From Candidatus Latescibacterota bacterium (GTDB taxonomy: Bacteria > Latescibacterota > UBA2968 > GCA-2709665), in NCBI GenBank assembly GCA_963667175.2, contig CAXXXF010000014.1, positions 96,001-160,000 of the forward strand: a DNA stretch of 64,000 nt, read 5' to 3'. A model generated the notes under the pieces. The model was not told where the DNA came from. It saw only the letters and a list, made by a program, of their open reading frames with translations, and searched no databases. This document shows, in pieces, positions 28,655 to 37,783 of the stretch (its first letter is position 1; the number at the start of each line of letters is the position of its first letter). The position numbers and the translations under genes are program-made.

Positions 28655-29764
28655 CTAATCGGTTTTGGCAGGATGCTGAGCGCTGTCTGTTTTGAGTTTG
28701 TCTACGAAGCATCGGACGAACGCAGCGACTTCAGATAATTCCTCAGTGTAGCAAAAGCGTTCTTTTAGAGGGACCTTATATCCGTCCTCAAAATCGATCC
28801 CAAGCTCTTGTAGCAGCGTCTTTAATTTCTCCAGCTTGGAGTTATCGGGGGGCTCGGGTTCGATTCTTAGAAATACCTCAAAACGCCAACCTTTTGGGTC
28901 AATTGCGGTGTTGAACCCGATGATTTCGGAAAACGAAGAGTGCTTGAGATTATAGCAGAGAACATCATAGAGCTTGTGCGGCTCTCTCCACTTGAGCTGG
29001 CTTTCACAAATCTTGCCGACAGACTCTTCCAACTCCTTCTCGAGATCCAAAACTCTCCTGCGGAGTTCGTTCTTGAACTTATCAATTCTCTTGAAGAAAT
29101 CCGTGGCCTTTGTGAGATTGTCATCATTTTCCAGGAAACGGGCTAATTCTTCGTTCATTATCCTGCCCTCCCGCAGACCGTCAACTGTATTCAGGAAATC
29201 AAGCATGAACGTGAGATAACGGGTATTCGCTCTTGAGACTTTGTACCCGAGCTGCGATCTGACTTCGTTGAACAACTGCTCGTACGTGATATTCTTGAAC
29301 GGTTCGACGTCGCCGCCTGGTTTGAGGCTCAGAATAAACAGGTGTTTCTTGAGATGCACGTAATGCGTTTCTACGTGCTTTATATAGTCTTCAAATGGGT
29401 TGCTGATTTCGTGAAAAATCTTGTTCTCGATCACGATGGCATGGCTTTCAGACTGAATCAAGAGGTCGATCCGACTCCCCTTCCGGGTGGTTTCTTCGCG
29501 GCGGATCTGTATATCGCCACCGATCTCCCTTCCCTGTTCTCCGATGCAGCCAGCCCGCACAAGAGCATCCAGAAACAGCGTTCCGAGTCCATGCGGGTTG
29601 CCGGGATCAAGGAAGAAGGCGAGAATGTTGCTGCACACATTCTCGTAGTGAGGATAGCCTGAAATTTCCATCAACGTCGGCGGGCGCTCGGGACGCGGCG
29701 GAACCTGTTTGCTAAATTCGTCCAGGAGAGTCTGGGCAGCATCCACGTCCCATCCATCGTTCAT
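28655..29764 (-). CDS. PD-(D/E)XK nuclease-family protein (PDDEXK_4-like)
   Basis: ENVCSNILAFFLDP...HGLG, RREE...RIDLLI...IVIENKI. Confidence 0.85.
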   Translation of the reverse strand: MNDGWDVDAAQTLLDEFSKQVPPRPERPPTLMEISGYPHYENVCSNILAFFLDPGNPHGLGTLFLDALVRAGCIGEQGREIGGDIQIRREETTRKGSRIDLLIQSESHAIVIENKIFHEISNPFEDYIKHVETHYVHLKKHLFILSLKPGGDVEPFKNITYEQLFNEVRSQLGYKVSRANTRYLTFMLDFLNTVDGLREGRIMNEELARFLENDDNLTKATDFFKRIDKFKNELRRRVLDLEKELEESVGKICESQLKWREPHKLYDVLCYNLKHSSFSEIIGFNTAIDPKGWRFEVFLRIEPEPPDNSKLEKLKTLLQELGIDFEDGYKVPLKERFCYTEELSEVAAFVRCFVDKLKTDSAQHPAKTD

Positions 29765-29824
29765 TGAGGATTCTCCTCGCCGCCTATTTTACGACATCAA
29801 ACTCGCCGGTGAAGCTGTCTCACT

Positions 29825-30331
29825 CTATATTAGCACGTAGGGAGAATTCGCCAAGACAAACCGAGCTTTTTCACGGCGTAACATTTCAAACGGCGTCAGA
29901 CACTTGATACCGAGACCTATACAGACGCTGGGGATCTTTATCCTGTTCATAGATGGTGACGGGATCTCGTGTGTAACAACGTCATAACCACCTGCAAGCG
30001 CGTGGGCGATCAGGTAACAGTCAGCCACTTGCAGAAAAGTGTCGATGGCTGCAGCCTGGTAACCGTGGCCTCTTATCCAATCACCGACTGTTCCAAGCGC
30101 TACAAGCACCTCCATGGTCGGTTTAAGAAAAAAGGCATCGCCACGACAGTCTGCCCAAATCGCAAGGTCGTCTTCGCCGGCTGCGACTTCGTCGGCGACT
30201 TTTTCAATGCTGAAAACGATTCCCCGTTCGTTCGCCGTGACCAGCCAATTCCAGAACCCAGGACATATTTCGAAGCCGTAATGCAAGTTCTTGGCACGGA
30301 TAAAAGCGTCTGCATCAAGCAAATATGCCAT
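29825..30331 (-). CDS. DUF4411-family PIN-like protein
   Basis: YLLDAD, CPGFW, ADCYLIAHA, VVTHE, KIPSVC; directly follows the IrrE gene. Confidence 0.85.
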   Translation of the reverse strand: MAYLLDADAFIRAKNLHYGFEICPGFWNWLVTANERGIVFSIEKVADEVAAGEDDLAIWADCRGDAFFLKPTMEVLVALGTVGDWIRGHGYQAAAIDTFLQVADCYLIAHALAGGYDVVTHEIPSPSMNRIKIPSVCIGLGIKCLTPFEMLRREKARFVLANSPYVLI

Positions 30332-31480
30332 CTACGATCCCACTTTCAGACTCGTGGCAAATGCCCGTAACGTCGATACCTTCTTGATTCCGAGAAGACG
30401 GAAGGACTCGGAAAACGAAGTCCTCCCACCCAGTGTGCTGGTCACAATGGCGCCGCCAAACCGCCCACCCACACGCGCCTTGAGCGTGGGATGGAAGCTA
30501 CCACCGCTCGTCTTTTCAATGTTCCCTATTCGATCCAGTTCTCGGCCGTAGGCGGACCCAAGCGCATCACGGTCGAGCACGCCGCCATCGTGGAGCCGAC
30601 GCAGTACGACCAAGGTGCTGACTTTGAATTGGCGAGCAAGGCGGTTCAGCTGGATTGGAAGTTCCTCCCTCTTACGGTAACTCTCAAGTAAGGACCTGAG
30701 TGGTACGAGAAGCTCGGCGGCGACACGGTTGCACCAACCCTCTATTTCGTGGGCAGGCACGGAAACCACGTCAGCATCGGAAAGCGCAGATTCGCCAAGC
30801 CAGATGTGCCCGAGTTCATGTGCCAGCGTAAACATCTGTGCCGCTTTGGTGTCGGCGCCGTTAATAAAGACAAGCGGTGCAAGATCGTCGCTCAGGGCGA
30901 AGCCCCGAAACTCTTCGGGGTCCAGCCTGCGGCGGGTGTTGTTGCCAACGATCCCGCTTGTCATCACCAATACGCCCAGTGCATCGGCCTGCTGAATAAA
31001 GCGTCTTAGCGCCTCGGTCCAGGTACGTAGATCGTTCCTCTCCTCGACGTCGAAACCCAGTTCGGCTCTAATCTCTTCCGCAGTGGTCTCAACGTCGCTG
31101 CCAGTTGTAGTGGAACCCACGAACGCCAGCGGATCTTCTCCCTCAATGCGTGCATAGTCACGGTACCAATCCTGGCGCCGTAAGCAGAGATAAACAGTTT
31201 CCAAAAGTTCGACGCTGGGCCGTCCGACGAACTCATTGCCTATCGTTCGCATGTCAGGTATAGGGACCGGTTCATCAAGTGGCGCAGAGAGAAAGAACGA
31301 ACCGATCGGCGCATAGGTGACCCGGGCAAGCTTCTCCAGTTGCTTGAGCGTCGGCTGTTTCTCACCGCTTTCCCACTCAGGATACCTGGGAAATCGCTTA
31401 ACGAGAGCGTCGACGTGAATGCCCGCCCGCTCGCGCGCCCAGCGAAACATCTCCGGTTTGACATCAACGCGCAGTGTCAT
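30332..31480 (-). CDS. XRE-HTH plus ImmA/IrrE metallopeptidase
   Basis: WESGEKQPTLKQL HTH; FTLAHELGH zinc motif; EGWCNRVAAELL. Confidence 0.9.
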   Translation of the reverse strand: MTLRVDVKPEMFRWARERAGIHVDALVKRFPRYPEWESGEKQPTLKQLEKLARVTYAPIGSFFLSAPLDEPVPIPDMRTIGNEFVGRPSVELLETVYLCLRRQDWYRDYARIEGEDPLAFVGSTTTGSDVETTAEEIRAELGFDVEERNDLRTWTEALRRFIQQADALGVLVMTSGIVGNNTRRRLDPEEFRGFALSDDLAPLVFINGADTKAAQMFTLAHELGHIWLGESALSDADVVSVPAHEIEGWCNRVAAELLVPLRSLLESYRKREELPIQLNRLARQFKVSTLVVLRRLHDGGVLDRDALGSAYGRELDRIGNIEKTSGGSFHPTLKARVGGRFGGAIVTSTLGGRTSFSESFRLLGIKKVSTLRAFATSLKVGS

Positions 31481-31762
31481 TGGCGACTCCTCCATGTCCG
31501 AAAATGGCGTAGCGCTGCATCAAACCGCGCTTGATTTTCCCAATCTTCGTGAAAAGTCTCGAAGATGTGGATGAACTGCGACTCGCTTACGCCATATAGT
31601 TGCGCGATTACGGAATCTAAATTGCAAATCATAGCTTATTGTTTTTTATTTGTTTAGGCCCAGTATTTTTCTCGCTAAGGGAAAAGGGAGAAAAAAAGCC
31701 GCCGCTCGGCGCCGACAGGCCGTGCCGTTTACCGCTGCAAACTGAAACCTGCAGTTGCGACA

Positions 31763-31912
31763 CCCGGAAGCGAGAACACCTGCCTGCGCCTACCTGTCCC
31801 GTTGGAACGGCAGACAGGCCCAGTTCTGCTCAGAAGGCAGGTTTTGACCTCGATGCGCCGATGTTGGATTTGTAGGGGCAACTTTCAAAGTTGCCCGCAT
31901 ATTGGTGCGGAT
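31763..31912 (+). repeat. 150-bp palindrome-rich direct repeat, copy 2
   Basis: Colinear with 28475-28624. Confidence 0.85.
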
Positions 31913-32052
31913 GAATTTGCGTCGCGCGGCGCTGACAACCGGTACCGCTTTAACGAATGCGGAATTTATGCAAAGTCGCCAGTTGATGCAAGCGGAGACC
32001 GTATCCTGGATGGTGCAGGAAAGGTCCGGCCCTAGGAACGGCGAATTCACAC

Positions 32053-32092
32053 TTGACAGACGTAATATTACATTGTATTATTACGAAGTAAT
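32053..32092 (+). promoter_or_regulatory. Near-consensus sigma70 promoter overlapped by palindromes
   Basis: TTGACA-17-TATTAT; palindromes GTAATATTAC, CGTAATA-N11-TATTACG and ATTAC-gaa-GTAAT. Confidence 0.75.
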
Positions 32093-32124
32093 GAAATATC
32101 GTTAAATTCAGTAAAGGATAGAGC

Positions 32125-33822
32125 GTGGACCTCACGATTGCGGAATTATCCCGCGCAACTGGCAAGAGTGGAAACTACCTCCGTCAGCATATTCATCGAA
32201 AGCATCTGAAGGCGCACAGGAAGGGTCGGAGGGTTTGCGTTTCGGTTGACGAGGCGGTGCGTTGGGCGCGTGAACGGGGGCTTCCCCTTGATCTACCGGC
32301 AAACGTTGCGATCACGTCTCAACCCAAACAAGATCGTACCGCCCGAATCACAGTGCTTGCGATCCTGGAGTCCGCCGCAGTGGCGAGAAACCTATTTACG
32401 CTCCTGCGCCACAGACGCTCTGACGCGTTGGGTCCCTGGGCTGGCGAGCCTGACGGAACCTGGCATAGCAGCGACCTCGGGCAGGAAATATGGCTATTCA
32501 CATTCGATGCTCCGCTGACGCGCTGCCAGGAGTTGGTGGATGAGATCTTCGAATCTGGCACGCTGCAGATCGAGGACACTGCAGTCCATTTCGATCTCGA
32601 ACCCCACCCAAGATGCCACTGGGCTTATCGAGATGACCGACCACTGAACGACGCTTCTGTGCGCAGCCCGTTCTCAAGACATAGTGCGGAGGTAATTGAG
32701 TACTGGAGCTTTGTGCCGGATGTTCGCTCACGGTGGTTGGAGATGCTTAAGACGCAACGCGGTAAGCTTGAGTCCCGACTTAAATCGATACCGTTCCCCC
32801 TCGTCCGCGGTCCGGACCGGATCGGAAACCTGATGATCGCCGGCGCCCTGGACGAGATTACGTGTGACTTGTCAGCAAATCGTGATGGAAGCCTCCGGTT
32901 CCACTTCGACGCAGTCAATTTACACGAGAAATATCGCGCTGAGATTTGGGCGAGCCATAGCGGGGATGATGTGCTTCGGAAGGAAACACCCGTCACGCCT
33001 GGCCAAACCACTATAGAAGCCACATCCGATGTCGACGATATTGGCTTTGCGGTTTACCGTTCGACTGACGGTCAGTGCATAGATCTGATGCACGTACGTA
33101 TTGTTCTGGAGGTCCAAATTCAAATGTCGGTCGAGTCCGGTCGGACCCTACGCCATCAGATAAAGCAGGGGCCGGTCTTTTGTGTCACTCTTCCAGGCGA
33201 TCACTCCGCAACAACGGTTGAATCAGACCACGAGAGGAGCGGACTCGACAAACGTATCCGACGCCATTGGCTGGAGCAAAAGGCGTACGAACAAGAAACC
33301 ATTGCACGCCGCGACCGCAATTTCGCCCGGTTTGGTCCTGACGAGTTCGACGAAGCCGTCAGCCATTTCATTGGGTTGCTGCGTCAAAACCACGATAATA
33401 ACGACCCGGTATATTTAGCTGACCCGTACTTTATGAATCCGGCCGCAAAATCGAATTGTACAAAGCTATACTTGGAAATGTTCGCAGCGACAAAGGACCG
33501 GGAACTTAGAATTCTCTGCACAGCCAACGAGTGCCTCATAGCATCGCAGTGGTGGTGGTCGGATTTCCCCGATGAGATAACCTCACACATAAGAGTCCGG
33601 TCGTTCAGAAAACCCAATGACAAAAAAGGCGCATTTCACGATCGTTTTCTCATCACGCCCACGCACGAGACTCTCATCACTCACTCTCTAAACGGCTGGG
33701 CGACAGATGGTGTAACGTTTGCGGGCCTTCCATATGAAATCTATCGCAACGAAGCATTACACTTTTGGTCAATGGAAATAGAATCCACGAACACAGGACT
33801 CTTCGTACGGGAAGTCTGCTGA
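32125..33822 (+). CDS. HTH plus C-terminal PLD-like nuclease-domain protein (VPA1262-like)
   Basis: Excisionase/MerR-like HTH N-terminus; VYLADPYF, FHDRFLI and HSLNG motifs. Confidence 0.6.
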   Translation: MDLTIAELSRATGKSGNYLRQHIHRKHLKAHRKGRRVCVSVDEAVRWARERGLPLDLPANVAITSQPKQDRTARITVLAILESAAVARNLFTLLRHRRSDALGPWAGEPDGTWHSSDLGQEIWLFTFDAPLTRCQELVDEIFESGTLQIEDTAVHFDLEPHPRCHWAYRDDRPLNDASVRSPFSRHSAEVIEYWSFVPDVRSRWLEMLKTQRGKLESRLKSIPFPLVRGPDRIGNLMIAGALDEITCDLSANRDGSLRFHFDAVNLHEKYRAEIWASHSGDDVLRKETPVTPGQTTIEATSDVDDIGFAVYRSTDGQCIDLMHVRIVLEVQIQMSVESGRTLRHQIKQGPVFCVTLPGDHSATTVESDHERSGLDKRIRRHWLEQKAYEQETIARRDRNFARFGPDEFDEAVSHFIGLLRQNHDNNDPVYLADPYFMNPAAKSNCTKLYLEMFAATKDRELRILCTANECLIASQWWWSDFPDEITSHIRVRSFRKPNDKKGAFHDRFLITPTHETLITHSLNGWATDGVTFAGLPYEIYRNEALHFWSMEIESTNTGLFVREVC

Positions 33823-35963
33823 TGATTAAGAAGGGCCATACAGAATCCTTGCTGCCTGAAGAAGCTAAGGCCGTAGTTTGGCGGATCTTCGGCGAAGGTG
33901 AATCGCCACTGAAGGGCCGGTCAACTTTCAGCCTGATCAAGCCAATGATCGAGAAACACGTCCCTTTCCACAATCAGAATAGTGCAATTGCTGAGATCCG
34001 AGGCTGGTTTGAGTCCTACGGCGACCGCCACTGGCTCAAGTCTGAAATGGGCGAGCAGGTTGCAGTCTTGATCCTGGAGGGAATGAAAAGCGAGCGTTCC
34101 GAGAGCGCTGTCTGGGCGGTCGGCTCTATCGAACCCGATCTGGCCGCACGCATAATACGTGCCGGATGGCGCCCGCAGGAATTCGACTCGTTCGTCGATG
34201 CCACATTCAAGGCATTAAAGAAGCTATGCGATCGAAACAAGGTTCTCGACGCGGCACGCTTTCCACGCTTATCGAATCAGAATTCCAACGACGGGAGGGT
34301 CCCAACCAACGCGGTAGTGCGCCCGGGATGGCTCGCAATCTTCCAGCACCTCGACAGCCATGGTTTTGAACTCGTATACGAGGGTTTACAGCGCACCGCC
34401 GGCAATTTAATCGACCTTATATTCGACATGATGCCAGAGGAATTCGAATCCCTGCTTGGGAGGCTTGGGCACCCTGTAATGCAGGCCCGAGCGGCCAACC
34501 GCGTAATCGGAAGAACTCGAGTAAAGCAAAACCGGAAGACGCTGCAGTGGATCAAAGACGATTCCAGCGACATCCTGGTCGCACTGGCAATTGTCCATAC
34601 GTTAAACGCCGTGAACAGGCTGGATGAAGATCTCAGATACGCCGAACGCAGTAACGCAGAACACTACAATTGGAGTACCGAACTTCGCCCGCCAAGGGAC
34701 GATCTCGATTCAGCTGGAGTCGGCCTGATTACAGGTATTACTGATCGCCTGGCGGATTTCGAACCACTTCGGTGCACGCGGTGGATCGGAGAATTGCTTG
34801 GTACCGCGCCCAACATAATCCATCGAGGGGAAAATAACGAAGTCCCGAAGCGTATTAAGCAGCTTGAAGAGGCGTGTACTAAGTTGCTCGGACGCCTGTT
34901 CCGTGAATCCTGGTCTGAGGAACTGAAAGACGAACTTTGCAACGGTTTGCAGCTGGCAGGTCGAGGGACTTGGTCCCGGCATCTGGCAAGTATTGCCTGG
35001 GAGATCCGAGACGTTAAGCCTGAACGCGCAGCCGAAGTCGCAATAGCGGCTCTTCACGAAGGCGAACGACAGATCGCCGAGCAGATGAAGGAGAATCGAA
35101 TATTCCTGTACTGGAATGACTGGGAATACAGAGCGTGGATCCAAGGTCTTGGCGCTGCGCTATCGCTGTCCAGCGATGAGCTTCACCTGCCGACGTGGCT
35201 TTCGGCACGGTGTCGAGCATTGCCCTTGAGCGTTTGGGACGCAGAGGAGAATCACGAGGTCTTTCATTGCGCCGAGCGGGCTGCTCAGACCTGGTTCCTC
35301 GTTGCGTTCTCTGCGATTCCGTACCTTAATGAACTCGGCCGCTGCGTAGATCCAAATGAAGTCCGGGAACTCGCGGAAATGTGCTGGAACCACTGCGATT
35401 TCGCCAGTCTGTACGTCCGCAGCCAACCGGAAACGTCATTCGTATCAGAGTACGTCGTCCGTCTCGCCGTCGAATATGGCCATCCAAGCGATACCTGGCT
35501 CCTGAATCAGGCACGAAATCGAGGGGTCGGACCTCGCGCCTTGTGGGCCCTGATTCACCAACGAGACCAAAAGATCGCCCGGGACGGCGGAACAGCCGCC
35601 CATTATGGCCAGACGATTACAATTGAGCTTCTTCGAATCGCCGCAGATCGATTTCGCAGTGAAGGGACTTTTGACCTTGAAGAACTACGATTTTGGGGCC
35701 AATTGTGGCTTTTGCTTGGAGCCATCGATGAGTCAGAGCAGACAGCGATAGAGATCAGTTCGTTTCCCGAAAACCTTCTCGACCGTACCGACAATCTGCT
35801 GGTATTGAAGCTGCTCGCCACGGTGGCCAATCAAAGGAGGCTGTTACCCAGATTACGAGACGATGCCACGACGCTCTACCGGCAACTCTGGCCCGGTACG
35901 TACACACCTGCCGAGGAACGTGAGGACCGTACGGAGATTGACGAGCGATTCAATCGAAAGTAA
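33822..35963 (+). CDS. Large hypothetical, probably alpha-helical protein (713 aa)
   Basis: TGATG overlap with the upstream stop; long ORF with no recognised motif. Confidence 0.75.
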   Translation: MIKKGHTESLLPEEAKAVVWRIFGEGESPLKGRSTFSLIKPMIEKHVPFHNQNSAIAEIRGWFESYGDRHWLKSEMGEQVAVLILEGMKSERSESAVWAVGSIEPDLAARIIRAGWRPQEFDSFVDATFKALKKLCDRNKVLDAARFPRLSNQNSNDGRVPTNAVVRPGWLAIFQHLDSHGFELVYEGLQRTAGNLIDLIFDMMPEEFESLLGRLGHPVMQARAANRVIGRTRVKQNRKTLQWIKDDSSDILVALAIVHTLNAVNRLDEDLRYAERSNAEHYNWSTELRPPRDDLDSAGVGLITGITDRLADFEPLRCTRWIGELLGTAPNIIHRGENNEVPKRIKQLEEACTKLLGRLFRESWSEELKDELCNGLQLAGRGTWSRHLASIAWEIRDVKPERAAEVAIAALHEGERQIAEQMKENRIFLYWNDWEYRAWIQGLGAALSLSSDELHLPTWLSARCRALPLSVWDAEENHEVFHCAERAAQTWFLVAFSAIPYLNELGRCVDPNEVRELAEMCWNHCDFASLYVRSQPETSFVSEYVVRLAVEYGHPSDTWLLNQARNRGVGPRALWALIHQRDQKIARDGGTAAHYGQTITIELLRIAADRFRSEGTFDLEELRFWGQLWLLLGAIDESEQTAIEISSFPENLLDRTDNLLVLKLLATVANQRRLLPRLRDDATTLYRQLWPGTYTPAEEREDRTEIDERFNRK

Positions 35964-36135
35964 GCGGCCATTTGAGTTTTGTTTGACTATCGCGAAGAAG
36001 AGCCAACGGAAGCTGGAGGGGGGAAAGGAATTGTGCCTATATTGATTGGAAGAGAACAGGCTAAGCGCGGCTTCGCTGTACTCGGCCGCAACCAAATAGA
36101 TCGAAGTGAACGACTGAGCCCGTTTGACGTCGCAA

Positions 36136-36198
36136 TCACTCCCCCCTTGAGGGGGAGTCGCAGAAGCCGAGCCGTCAGGCGACTGATGCGGTGGGAGG
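36136..36198. repeat. Hairpin intergenic element
   Basis: ACTCCCCC-cttga-GGGGGAGT followed by GC-rich structured sequence. Confidence 0.5.
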
Positions 36199-36275
36199 AT
36201 TACAACGCGTGAACGTGGGCAATCTGCACGAATAAACATGCACGCACTTTGCGTTGAAGTCTTACTGTAAGACTC

Positions 36276-36360
36276 TAACCTCAATTCGAAAAAAGACAAG
36301 CGAAAAATCAGCCACAAAAAGCACAAAAGACACGAAGGGCATGGCTGCGAAACGGCGTGT
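36276..36360 (+). repeat. Dispersed repeat (second copy at 53848-53931)
   Basis: TAACCTCAATTCGAAAAA...AAATCAGCCACAAAAAGCACAAAAG(A/G)CAC...CGGCGTGT. Confidence 0.8.
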
Positions 36361-36385
36361 AGAGGTCGTCCGAAGGCAGGTTTTC

Positions 36386-36690
36386 TCCGTTCACGTCCAG
36401 TGACCTGAAGGTTCCTGAAATTCTGACGTCAAATCGCCTTGATTCACCTGCGTTTATTCGAATTCACGTTCCCGAAGAACTTCGAATCAAGGCTAACCTT
36501 AATTCGTCGATAATATCCGGTCAAAAGTATAGCTAAGCCAAGTGAAAACAGCAATTTCTTCCGTTGAATTGCGGCGTTCTTCCGTCCACATCCAGTGAGC
36601 TGAAGAATTACCAACTCGTGACATCAAATCGCCTGTGTTCTTACGGATATATCTCAGCGGGAACGGCATGAATATTTCGCATTAAGGCTA
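36386..36690 (+). repeat. Imperfect tandem duplication, period about 195 bp
   Basis: TCCGT.CAC.TCCAGTGA, TGAC.TCAAATCGCCT and AAGGCTAA each recur at about +195. Confidence 0.6.
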
Positions 36691-36730
36691 ATCACGTAAT
36701 AGCACCAAAACCGTCGACATCAACTACAAC

Positions 36731-37651
36731 ATGCCAATCATCTTTGTACCAGGAAAACAGACACTACAATTCTACACGGGAACCGTTGCGTATCAGATTC
36801 CCGGGATTTATCGTAGTGATGCTGGTGGACATCCGATAGAGCATATAGTCTACCAAGATTCGAACGGATACAGGGCAACGATTGTAAGCGGCCTCGTCGC
36901 GTATCTCAGGAAAACCAACTGGTCGGCGAATTATGATATAGATCAGCGGTTCGTGAGAACAGTCGACAAACGAAAAGTTGAAAACAACACATTATTTCTT
37001 GTAGAAGAGCATAAAGAAGAGTTACGCGGATTTCAATTGGAAGGGTGTTTCCAATACCCAAACGACGAAAAGGACACCATACGATTTCATAGGTCGGCAT
37101 CCAATCTCGGTGCTCCAATCGTAAAGACGAAGACGCCAATCCGAAATGCAGTCAAAGTGGCAACTCGCATTGCATTCGGCATGTGGGACATGGACTTCAT
37201 CGAGTTTGTCAGTTCAAGGTGCTATTCTACAGATGGCAAATATCTCGTATACGAGGAGAGTCAAATCGAATCTGAAACCGCTGCGTATCGAGCCTATCCG
37301 CGCAGGGCATATCAGGTGGTAAATTTGGAGTCTGATGGTATTATGACGCACGCCGCGCGTACGGAATCACTATTGTCAAACATAACGGGCAAAAATCTGG
37401 AAGGGTTGTTATCTGCGTTGCAGATTGTTTCTTCCAACGACACCTATCGGAATTGTATGCAATTTGTGTGGCTTTACGAGCAATTGAAGAAATGTATGAT
37501 TCAACTGAATGAACAAAACGTCATTGACAAGTGGGTAAAGGACCATCGAAATGAAATAGCCCACGCAGACGTGAATTACGTAGACCCTGAGATATTTCGT
37601 GAGTTACAACATTTGGCACTTAAAATCGTCATGCGGGAGAAAAAGACCTAA
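36731..37651 (+). CDS. Hypothetical protein with C-terminal HEPN-like RxxxxH motif
   Basis: Low-GC 306-aa ORF; helical C-terminus with RNEIAH. Confidence 0.6.
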   Translation: MPIIFVPGKQTLQFYTGTVAYQIPGIYRSDAGGHPIEHIVYQDSNGYRATIVSGLVAYLRKTNWSANYDIDQRFVRTVDKRKVENNTLFLVEEHKEELRGFQLEGCFQYPNDEKDTIRFHRSASNLGAPIVKTKTPIRNAVKVATRIAFGMWDMDFIEFVSSRCYSTDGKYLVYEESQIESETAAYRAYPRRAYQVVNLESDGIMTHAARTESLLSNITGKNLEGLLSALQIVSSNDTYRNCMQFVWLYEQLKKCMIQLNEQNVIDKWVKDHRNEIAHADVNYVDPEIFRELQHLALKIVMREKKT

Positions 37652-37783
37652 ACACGTGAGTACGATTGGGTTATTCTGAATTCGGCACAGTTGTAGATGA
37701 GAGATCAATGCACATGCCCGCGATGGTCGAACAACAACCTTGTCGATATTCCTGAACCGGATCGATTAACAATAAAATCTGAG

